From NCBI GenBank assembly GCA_002633005.1, contig NMRA01000071.1, forward strand, positions 427,511-491,510: DNA of 64,000 nucleotides. The letters run 5' to 3'. Below, piece by piece: positions 24,091 through 48,100 of the stretch. The stretch comes from Phoronis australis. Taxonomy: Eukaryota; Animalia; Phoronida. Every line of letters starts with the position of its first letter. The first letter of the stretch is position 1. Under the pieces are notes generated by a model. The model ran no database searches. It was not told the DNA's origin and saw nothing but the letters and a program-made list of their open reading frames with translations. The position numbers were made by a program, and so were the translations under genes.

Positions 24091-27000
24091 ATGGTGGACA
24101 ATAACAGGAAGTTGTCAACAAAACTGTTATCAATTTTAATTACAACTTGCTTCACTTCGTTATTTCAGAATAACTATGGTAATTTATCACTTGTCTGTCA
24201 CAAATTTTCCAAGATTTAGTGCAAACCAGTGGAAATGTGTGGTAAATACACCACACACCAAAGTGTAGTCCGGTCATTGAAAAATCACCTAACTTACTAA
24301 AGCCAAGGTAAAGCCTAAGCCTAAGCCGATGTTTCAGTCCCGTACCTCTTGCTTCAATGCCTGGCGTCTTAATCAGTCGGTCAAAGAGCAATTGTCCGTA
24401 TGCGAGTGATTAAGAGAAGCTTTTATATTACACTCACTGCAGATTCACCACACTTTTCCCCATCCAATGATTAGGGGTAACGCCGCCTGGAACTCAACAT
24501 CAGATCAGGTCCCTCTACATCTAGGCAATGACCATCGCCTCTGTTGGCCCGCCAGAGGCGATGGTCATTGCGTACTCTACATCCGGCTCCTCTACAGCCA
24601 TTATGGCACTATTAAACTCAGGAGGCTGTGTGGTCCCTCTCTGCCGTCGTGGTGGGCATTAATGTAGTGAAAAATCACGTAGTCCAAGTTTCAAACCCAG
24701 TACCTTGTTCTTCATTTGCCAGTCATCCTAACAGTCAAAGAGCAATTGATTCTGTTGTAGATGTGCTTCCGGTGAATCATATGAGCCTCTGTTAGCTACT
24801 CGCTAACGGGCAATTGCCTATTAGCTGAATGGTTAGCACGCTTGCTGGTTTTATGGGGGTTGCTGGTTCGATCCCCGGGTCGGGTAATCTCGGCTATTTA
24901 ATATTACTACAATTCTATTTCTATTACCAAATCACGTCACCTAGGAAATTCGTCACCTGCTATTTTCGAATTTGTGATTTTAGGGTTGGCAACACCAATA
25001 AACTCTTAAGCCATTATTTTTAGTTGCATGGTGGTTTTGATACTTACATTGGTCATGGTAACAGATTCCTATCATTGGTAATGGACTCTATAAGACTGAC
25101 TAGCAGAGTAAAGGGAATTAATTTGTTCTTTGATTTTTATCCAGCTAATTAGGGTAAAATGCAACTTTAACAAAAAATGCTTGACTGAATTGCCTGACTT
25201 GTTCACTGCAATATTTACACATTTGTGCATTCGGCAGTGCGTTGCATAATGCTTAATTGTCGTGAGAGACCATCCGGAGTTGGTATATGGTGCAACTCGG
25301 GACGGTCTGGGGTCTACAGAAAACCACATTTCAACTGTGAGTCTACACCAATGTGATAAACGAGAGTAGTTCTACTTGCTGCATCAGCTGCTGGTATGCT
25401 TATCTCTTTTATGACACACAATGTGTGACTGGGCAAAGCGTTTTCAAAATAATGTGGATAAATCAGTGGAGTGTGAGACCACTGAGGTCCCTGTCAAGTC
25501 CTCGTGGCAATTTTACGTTACGTTTTGTAAGAAAATCGAATTTGAGCTAAAATAAGTTGTGTGGGATTTGTTATTCTACTCATCTCTTGACAAATCAGTG
25601 TTTACATGGCTTTATGCAGCTTTACAACAAAAAATGAGATCTTAGCTAAAATTGATGCTGGCAGGCTTTTTTATTCTGGTGAAAACAGGTCTCAAACTAA
25701 GTTAGGAAGGAGACTAGAAGTCTAGAACTTTAGAGTGGTTTGTTGAGCACTAAATTGAAGGTTAAGATAAAAATTCTCCACTCTAAAATCTTGGAGTCCG
25801 AATTTCAAACCCAAATAGAATTTCTTGCTTCTGAAGATTGTAACATGGGACAGTGTTTCGTTCATCGGGAACTGCGTTTTGTATCAACAGTCAGAAATAG
25901 ACTTGGCAGCTCATTCAATTGTCGAAAAATAGTCGCCATGGTAACATTGTTATGCATGCCCATAGTGTGTAACATGGAGGTGAATAACCGCATGTCATTG
26001 GTTGGAATTCTTGAATGTGGGGCCACCATTATTAACTATTTCTACAGTTTGGTACAAGGTCTGACTTTGAACAACATAACTTAATTTTCATGGGCACAAA
26101 CTGGAGAACTTTGAGCGTGTGTTTACAGGTGCTCTTTCTGCTGATTCCTGCATTGCGGGCGATGACGTGTGTATCAACACTACAGGGGGCAGTGTGGTCA
26201 ACACCAGTGTCCAATCACCACAGAACATTACTACTCATCCCGATGATGAGTTCAACTACTTATCTGTGTGCCCTAGCAATATGGATTGTAGTCAGCTTAG
26301 TGGTGACTGTATCACATGTAACATAAGTGGACAATGTGTGTACGGCTCTAATGTTAGTGACATCTGGTGTCAGCCACGACCAAGGATAGTTTGTACGGTA
26401 AGTATCACTTTTTGTTTTTGCATGCATCAAGCCTTGTTTGTGTATATCTAAAGTTAATTCCTCACATTCATTTGTTAGACATACTTGAGTAAAGTTGATG
26501 AGTTGGACTGCGCATTAAGGGAAAATTAACTTCACTGTTTAACAATTGACAGATTATTTTAGTTCAAGATTTATTCAATTTATTAAGAAGTTCAGACAAG
26601 ACCCATGAACATCAAGATTGAGACATGCACCAGAGCACAAAACCTGTCTGCACTTAGAGGTGAATCTTGGGTGCATGCTGTGAAACATTATGAAAAAAAT
26701 AAGTTATTGAAAGGACACATTTCAATCACATGTAGATACTTGGGCTTAAACATTGATTCCCACTTTGTGGTGATGTTGAAGTATGCTAATAAGTTCCCTC
26801 TGAACTGTTCATTGTGTCTCTCCACTGTTTTGCAGTTGTTGGTTCTGCCTGGTAATTTCGTTTCCTGTATTACAGTACTGCAGCTGTTTCAGTAATGTTC
26901 AATCTGTGGTCTGACGGTCTTGATCATGCTAGTGTGTCCAACAATGAACTTGTCCGTGTTACAGGGTACACCCAACTTCACCAAGACTGTCCAGTGTAAA

Positions 27001-27832
27001 TATGGCTATCAACTGTCACCATGGCAATACACTTGTGACATGAGTAAAGCTACTAAATGTAAAGTGGTCAGTGCTCCTCGTCAGAGGTACGAGGCACTCT
27101 GCACGGTGAGGGAGACAGTGCTCTGTTTAGGTGAGTGAGCTCCCAGTAGCATTTTCATGTATTTGTGTTTGTATTTCTCTCTAGTTCTGAAAACCATTGA
27201 ACAGATGTTAGCAACTGTTATATAATTTATTGATTTGCTGATTGTGTTATAGAAATAGTTATATATTTTGGTGATTCTGACAGCATTGCTTTGGAGTTAT
27301 TGGGAGTCACAAGACTCGGTGCTAAACCAACTGTGTTTTTATGAAAGTTCAAGCTTTAGGATTCCTCAAACCTGATTTTTGAAGTTTGCGAATCTTGGGT
27401 CATTTAAATTGGATTATCGTCCTCTTATCTTTCTTTGATTGTAGGTCGTCGCCGGTTTTACAAAAGATTTCCATGCAACTGGACGTCTGGCTACAGGTGG
27501 TCAACAGCTCTTCTGTTGAGGTAGGTAACCAGTAGGGTGTGCCATAGAGTTCCAGTGCGGCGATGATGGACCGGTCTACTTTCAAATGGTCTGTTTTGGC
27601 TTAAAATTTAATCGAATTTATTCAGAAATGTTTTAGAAGTTATTGCATGTTATTTTATTTCAGCATCACCTTGGGTGGTCTTGGTGTCGACAGGTTTTAC
27701 TTGGGATTATGGCAGGAAGGGCTGGGCAAGCTGTTTAGCTTCGGTGGACTTGGTGTGTGGACTATAGTGGACGTGGTGCTGATAGCAACAGGATATGTTG
27801 GGCCATCTGATGGGTCAGTGTACATCTACTAG
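24091..27832 (+). CDS. TM2D3: TM2 domain-containing protein 3 (almondex ortholog), 5 exons, ~255 aa
   Basis: Exons 24091-24178 (signal-peptide-like MVDNNRKLSTKLLSILITTCFTSLFQNNYG), 26129-26397, 26965-27130, 27445-27520 (CNWTSGYRWSTALLLS), 27664-27832 (ITLGGLGVDRFYLG..KLFSFGGLGVWTIVD..GPSDGSVYIY*). Sum 768 nt, phases consistent. Exon 1 is inferred from phase and hydrophobicity. Confidence 0.9.
24815..24888 (+). pseudogene. tRNA-derived sequence (SINE head or tRNA pseudogene) in TM2D3 intron 1
   Basis: Pol III A box TAGCTGAATGG (24822-24832) and B box GGTTCGATCCC (24865-24875) at tRNA spacing; stems pair poorly. Confidence 0.5.
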
Positions 27833-28350
27833 AGACACCTAGGGAGTGATAGTGAGGTTGAGGACTGTCAGTTACGGCAGACTGTTGGATGAATCTGTGA
27901 ACATGGCCACCCTCTAAATCCGCCCCTGGACACCTAGAGAGTGGTAGTAGGGTTGATCACTGTAATGTGTGGCAAGTTATTTGATGTATTAGGATACATC
28001 AACTAGTGACAGCCAGGGAGTGATAGTGGTCTCGATGACTACCACATATGACGGACTGTTCGATGGATCAGTGAACGTCTACTAGTGACATCTAGTGATA
28101 ATGATGTTGACGACTGTCATGTGTGACAGACTGTGTCCTGAGTGAGTGTACATCTACTAGACACTTCTTGAGTGAGTGGTGCTGATGACTGCCATGTATG
28201 GCAGACTGATTGATGTATCAATGAACATCTACTAGTGACACCTAGTGAGTGATAACGGTGTTGACTGTCAGACCATTGGATCAGTGTTTTTACTAATTCT
28301 ACAACTGACACCTAGTGTGTGACAGTGGTGTTGAGTATTGCATGGTAACC
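27810..28350 (+). repeat. Degenerate ~75-85-bp repeat seeded on the TM2D3 stop codon, forming the proximal 3'UTR
   Basis: Recurrent CAGTGWACATCTACTAGWGACACCTAG..GAGTGATAGTG..GTTGA..ACTGTCA. Confidence 0.7.
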
Positions 28351-28828
28351 TAACAGTGACACCTGGTGCACGAAGTGCTGTTGCTAGTCATGCATACGTT
28401 TAATGAACAATCAAAAAAGTGCATACAACCTCCAGATGAGACTGCGCAAGTGTTCGACACCGTGACTACCTGGTCAAGAATTGGCCTATCGAAGAAATTT
28501 TGCATCAGGTTTCCCAGATGATGGACTACGTTTAGAATCATTTGTGTCACTGTGTTTGTAGAAGGTGCAATGCTGTCAAGATATGAATGTCCTGTTGTTG
28601 TACCTTCCATCTGTCAGTTCAATGCCAGTTGTTGTCTACTCCAACTCATTGTAGTGATCACACAGTGCGATTTCTCTATGCATCTCCTCTGACAGCCAAA
28701 CTTTTGACCCAAATTTTTGTACTTGAAACTTAGACCTGGCACCACTTTAAGCATCTGTTTCCAGTTATAGACAGCGGGCAAACTGATGGCTAAGGGAAGA
28801 CAATCACCCCATGGTGTTGTTTGTAATT

Positions 28829-28847
28829 AATAAAGTCTTGTTTTATT
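28829..28847. terminator. Candidate poly(A) signals for TM2D3 (+) and PSMC3 (-)
   Basis: AATAAA 28829-28834 and TTTATT 28842-28847; an alternative proximal PSMC3 signal TTTATT lies at 29147-29152. Confidence 0.45.
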
Positions 28848-29367
28848 TATTCACTACTTCAGAGTTCATGTACCCAATTATGTCATGTTAAACACAAACT
28901 GCTCAATCAAGTTGTCAATTGACATATCGCCAGGATTTTGAGTGACGGCTTACCTGACCATTTAGAACTCATCATTCTTGACACACCTTCGTTTCCAAGC
29001 CGTCATTATACCCGACAAACAACACGTTGCCGAGTAAAACTTTTTGTTTGTTAGTTGACATTACGCTAGGGGGGGCGGAGCTTGCGATAGGTCAATAACA
29101 CTGATGGTACTGATCAGAGTACAAGAATGAGATCAATAGTTACAATTTTATTTACAAAAGACTACGATGCCAAGAATTCGAATATAAACAAGACAAGTTA
29201 CATTACAGATTACTCATCAGTCTCTTGGAGCACAGTACTGTGGTCACAAACCAAAATGGCTGACACAAGCCAATATGGACGTCACATACCCAACATGGCT
29301 GACGCAAGCCAATATGGCTGACACATTACCAACATGGCCGACACAATACCAAGAAGGCACACACTAG

Positions 29368-41896
<12,529 letters not shown>

Positions 41897-42135
41897 GATG
41901 TTTTGAAGTAGTTCTTCAAGAACCTGCGCACTGTAACGTCCTTGACATTGAAATACTTTTCCTTTTTTGGAAAATAACAAGGTAAAAAACTATCCAAACT
42001 GATATAATAAACAATATGTTGTCATCCGAAATTATATTTGAGGTTTTATGTTCTAAAAACGTTTGGAATTGCTATCGTCTTTAAAAGCATTACTTTTTAG
42101 CGAGTGTACACGTATGTAAAGCGGTTTACGCCGTG
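41897..42135. promoter_or_regulatory. Bidirectional promoter PSMC3/INTS3
   Basis: Start codons are head-to-head with only 239 nt between them (41896 minus, 42136 plus). Confidence 0.75.
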
Positions 42136-45100
42136 ATGGAGTCGGTGTTACTAGAGACTACGGTTGTTGACGTGAAAGATGAATTTGAGCAGGTATAATG
42201 AGAATGATAGTTTAAAAAGTAGCTTAAGTTGTTTATGGCGTCCTTCTTTTAGCGAGTAAACCCCTTGATTACTCTTTTACACGGTTTCCATATGTGAATT
42301 TGAAGTTGACCTGTTATTTTAGAGCGCCATCTCCAGAATTTCGAGAAAACTTGGGTGCAGATGGGGAATCCCTCGGAATCCCCTGATCCCAAGTTTGGTG
42401 TAACGACTGGTTCCGGCTGAGTTGGGTTTAATAAATATCTTTAGCAAGTTACTGGAGTTTTTAATATGTATGCATTTCAGTTGAACTTAGTTTTCATTAC
42501 CTCATATGTTTTGAATTGGTGTAATTTGGGAAATTGTTGTGTGCACTGTACTCAGGGATATTCCTGGCCAGGTTTGAACAATTGGGTGCACCTGATGATA
42601 AAAAGTTTGTCTTTTTTCTGGAAAGTGTGCCCTGCAGACTTAATGTAATTAAAGTGGTAACATATGAAACAGAAACTCCAAGGTCAATCAAAATAAGAAC
42701 AGTCATATTTCAGTGGCGCATTTAAGGGGGGGGGGGGGGGGGNNNNNNNCATTTGGCTGCTGGGGGGGGGGGGTGCAAATATCTGACGTGCAAAATCCTG
42801 GCTAATACTCTGCCCTGCCCTCCCCCCAACTCAAAATCCTGGATCCGCCCCTGTATTTTACCCGACTAATTGGAATAGAATGTTGCATTTTTGGAAGACT
42901 GTTGAATTTTAAAAGATGTGCCCAAGGGGAGGCACACTGCATCAAGGTGCTTGCACCTTTTTATTTTTTATGCACTAATGGCACAAAGGTGCAGTCCAGT
43001 AATATCCGTGTTTACTGTTTCATCTTACGTTAATTAAAGAAGTTGATAGGAATTAGCAACACCCCATGCATATTACTGCTTGTCTGTATTTTTTGTTCTG
43101 ATGATATCCTAACACAAAATTCAATATTGTTTCATGTTGGAGGTGTCCATTAAGTGACCTGTACCTCGACAATATGATCTCAGATTTTGTTTCAAATGCA
43201 ACCTACAACACAAGTCAACACTGAGGCGTCGGATTTTTTTGCAAGTTGCAACCAAGTCAAAAGAAGTCACACAAACATGAATTCACTTGTAACTCACTTC
43301 AATACCTTTGGCTCCTAGTTGTTCTCTTTGTTTTGTTAAATCGATACAACTGCCACCCTTAGCGTACATCGTACTAGTAGCAATTGAACATGAAGTAAAC
43401 ATATTGGAGTCAGAATTGTACAGCACTGACCGGCAGAGTTGAAATGGTGCATGATGCACGGTGCATGATGCATGGTGCATGATGCATGATGCATGGTGCA
43501 TGGTGCATGATGCATGGTGCATGATGCATGGTGCATGGTGCATGATGCATGCACATTGTTTCCTATTTGTATGGAGGTAAGAGCTAAGTGGAACATTGGC
43601 CATCATTGTACATTGTGCACATGAGTCATCTTATTGTTCCATTGGGCCACAAGAAAGAACACACCAAGGCAGAAGCTGCATGTAGGGATTCCTTGTGTCA
43701 ATGACCTGTATTCCTGTTGTGGCATCCTGGAAAATTTCACATTTGGTGAGCTGACATGCTAAGTGTTGAGCCCTGTCTCATGGTAGTGTATTAAGCCACT
43801 TTTAGTGGGTTGGTAATAATAATCAAGTACAATCATTCTCAACTCTTTCCAGCGTCTTGAATACTGCTTCAACATATTATGTGGCCTTACTACAGGCAAG
43901 TCGGACACAGAAGTGAATGATGCACTCAACTCACATGTAAGTAACCACCTCAGTAGCGGTCTTTATTGGCCTCTGTTGGTAACAACCCAATTAGCTGTCT
44001 GTACTGACCATTGTAAGGAACAACCCCATTAGCTGTCTGTACTGACCACTGTAAGGAACAACTCTATTAGCTGTTTGTACTGACCACTGTAAGGAACAAC
44101 CCCATTAGGTGTCTGTACTGACCACTGTAAGGAACAACCCCATTAGCTGTCTGTACTCACCACTGTAAGGAACAACTCTATTAGCTGTCTGTACTGACCA
44201 CTGTAAGGAACAACCCCATTAGCTGTCTGTACTGACCACTGTAAGGAACAACCCCATTAGCTGTCTGTACTGACCACTGTAAGGAACAACCCCATTAGCT
44301 GTCTGTACTGACCACTGTAAGGAACAACCCCATTAGCTGTCTGTACTGACCACTGTAAGGAACAACCCCATTAGGTGTCTGTACTGACCACTGTAAGGAA
44401 CAACCCCATTAGCTGTCTGTACTCACCACTGTAAGGAACAACTCTATTAGCTGTCTGTACTGACCACTGTAAGGAACAACCCCATTAGCTGTCTGTACTG
44501 ACCACTGTAAGTAACAACCCCGTTATCTGTCTGTACTGACCATTGTAAGGAACAACTAATTTAGCTGTCTGTACTGACCAATGTAAGGAACAACCCCATT
44601 ATCTGTCTGTACTGACCACTGTAAGTAACAACCCCGTTATCTGTCTGTACTGACCACTGTAAGTAACAACCCCGTTATCTGTCTGTACTGACCACTGTAA
44701 GTAACAACCCCGTTATCTGTCTGTACTCACCACTGTAAGTAAAAACCCCATTGTCTGTCTGTACTCACCACTGTAAACAACAACCCCAGTAGCTGTCTTT
44801 ACTGACCATTGCTGGTGCTCTAAAAGGTACTAACTTTGAAACTGTTGGGTCAGTTTTGATGAAATAAATGCTAAATACAAAAATGCTTGTATTTTGGTAC
44901 TTTTTCCAGTCAAATGATTTGAGAGATTTTGAAAGTAAAACGAAAATGCTCTTCTTAATAACTCCTTACGGTCATGTAGGACCCTCGTATAATGGCCAAA
45001 TTTGGCAAACTTTGGAACATCGCATCTTAGAAATGGCTGGTCAGATTCTTAGGACTTCCAATTTTTACAGAAAAAACTCAAAAGTGGCATGAATCCAAAA

Positions 45101-48100
45101 CAAAATGATAGTTTATAAAAGTGTATAAGCGTTTTTGAGATTTCATTTTGTACATATCGTGGATATACCTTCTTTTTTGTTTTTTTCTGAAAATACAATG
45201 TCACATGATCCAATTCATAGCAGATTAGCATAAAGTCCAAAATCAAATTCTATGGGCTTTCTACTTTTAGAAATATATGCTTTCACTGTGTTCAGTTCTA
45301 TTATGTTTTCACTGTGTTCAGTTCTATTATGCTTTCACTGTGTTCACTTCTATTATGGTAAATTTGGCTAAATACACTGACAGGTTGTTGATCTACATAA
45401 TTTTAGTTTTAGTATACTGGTTATAATGCTCTCTGTAGTTTTCTTCTTTTTGTTCCTATTTGCATTTAATTAATTTACCAATGTCCTTATGTGCCAACCG
45501 TTTCAAAGTTAGAGGCTTTTAGTAATATCTATGCAACACTATGGCACCACGCGAGGTGCATGCTTTCAGGACTCTTTATACTAGAACCTACAATCTTTCT
45601 CTCTGTTTGTATAGTTACCGCACACATGTGCTATACCGATCTGACCTCTGACCTATTCTTACAGATCTGTAAAGGCCCTCAACAACACGAGGAGATTCAG
45701 AATGGTTTGTTCTATGCTGTCCTCTCTGACCCTAAGAATGCAGCCAAGGTATGTCACTTTTGCTGTTCATGTAACCTGCAACAGGTTGTACGCTGATTTG
45801 AATAAGTGTACAGTGTGATTATATTGTGAAATAGTTGCACATACTGTTGTCAGTGTAGACATTTGTTCTCAATAAAATTGCTAGTGAGAGACGATCAATA
45901 CGTTCTAATTGTTTGATGATATAATACCGAATTGAAAAAGAGTGTCATCAAACACCAGTCTCAGTGGCAGATTTAAGGAGAGGCCAAGGGGGCCATGGCC
46001 CCCCTAAATTCTTCCAGATTCCATTTGGCAATTAAGGGGTGCGGATGTCTGACTGGCAAAGTCCTGGCTAATGCTCCGCCCTACCCCCCAATTCAAAATC
46101 CTTGATCCGCCCCTGAGTCTATTATTTACAATGATCATTGCTTGCTCCTTGTAGCACTATCGTGACGCCACATTGACGAGTCGTGACGGGATGTCAATCA
46201 TAATACAGAGAGCCAATCAAATCATACATGAAAAGTGGCTCAAGCTTCAAGACAGAGCTCGCACCCAGGTATGGCATGTGCTGGGCTAATCATCACTCAC
46301 CCGAATCACTTGAAAACTTTAGTACATGTGTACTAGGCTAATCATTTGCAAGTCACAAGATTGTGTCTATACTCTTGCCAAGCACTTTCAAATGAAGTGA
46401 TGAAATATGCAGTTATGTATACATGTGCAAGGTTGACAGTGAAATGTTGAGCTTTGACCTTAATATGTTCACTGAACCGTGTCTGTTGTAGGTTGTTTGG
46501 TTGTGTCGTGAACTGGTAAGAAACAGTGTACAGGGAGCTGACTCTGTCATCCACACCATCTTACGTCAAATTGCAGGTAATTGTTGTCAATCACCAGCTG
46601 TCAGAAAGTATGTCATGTTTAGGCCACTCACCATCAACATGTTATTTTCTCATTACGTGGTAAATTCTTATTTCGTAGGTCCGTCCACCAAATATGTGCT
46701 TGAAGTATGTTTAGTTGTGATTGTCAACAGAAGCGAGTTGAAAGCATGTTAATAATAAAAGTAATACCGTAACTCAAATAAAAAGTAATATTAATTATAA
46801 AAGTAATAACTCAAATAAAAAGTAATATTAATTATAAAGGTAACAACTCAAATTTAAAGTAATATCTGTGCCTGGTTAGAGTACCGTACCTGCAAACCAG
46901 ACACAATGCACTTTCCGTGAATAGGCTGTCAATTCTGCTTGCACATTTTTCCACTTAATTTTGTCTGAAAATGAGGTGCCATAGCAGCTGTAATCTCTTA
47001 ATGCTATCTCCCAATATACTGCAGAATGATCCATTGTGTAGAGTAACCGACCATGTTGACATAATTCATGTTGACCTAATTCCCAATGCACAGTATACTT
47101 AGTTGCATGCTGTCAATACCTTGATTATCCTTACTGTGTATCATCATTTTTCTTAGTTGATATTGTATTCTTTCTTATTTGTCTATTTTCCCACAGGTGG
47201 TGACGTGTCTCCTAAGAATGTTTGGCTGGCTGAAAATGTGTTAGATTTACTCACAGAAAACAGGTTAGTCCTTATTATGTACTAGTGACGTCTACACACT
47301 AGCCATGTATCAATGAAATGATGGAGTTAATATTTAGTTGTTACCAGATCTGTTGACGTGATGGAGGTCGTCATGGTGACTTGTTGTTTTAAAGGGTTAG
47401 CAGCAGTTTGTGCATTTGGATAATATGTGTTGCCTGATGTTCTTGTTCTAAAACCAGGTGTTTCTATGTAAAATGTCTTCACAATCAGAAAACTTTGCAG
47501 GGTCTGGTTAGACAAAAGTCCTTTCTTGATTGGCATGACTGTGTTTACTTACCTGCGCCTCCTGGTGGATCATTGGGCACCTAACTTCAAGAATTTGAGA
47601 CAGAGAGAAGTGGACTTGTGTGTCAGTCTACTCACGGAGAAGGTAATCTCTTGTTTGTCTTTGGTTTGTTCATTTCAAAGTGGCCAAACACCACCATTTA
47701 CTTTGTTTTGACAAGACAGTACCTCTTTAGTGTCTTCAAAATGTCTTTCATGGCATTGCGTATTGAATTCATTTTCCCATTTTTTAAGTGTGTGTGCACT
47801 AACTGTTTCTCTGAAATGTCTCAAGATTACAATGAGTCTAAACAGAAACTTACTCCATAACTTAAGACTGGTCGCAAGTCTCTTTGGACTTTTTGTATAG
47901 GAGTGTACTCAAATTACAACATGGACGCACATGCTGTAAAATTCAATAGCAACACCATCGGTACAGTATCTTGTCTAATAATTTCTAAGCGACTTGAGAC
48001 TCAGTAATGTTAAATCAGTCTTGCCTGCCACAGCATGTAACATAGTGAGCAGGTTCACACCATGTGACGCCAATGGGCTCTAGAACCGTTACGATTCACT

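Noticed and set aside
24815-24888. Functional tRNA gene
   Set aside because: A and B boxes present but acceptor, anticodon and T stems pair poorly; kept only as tRNA-derived.
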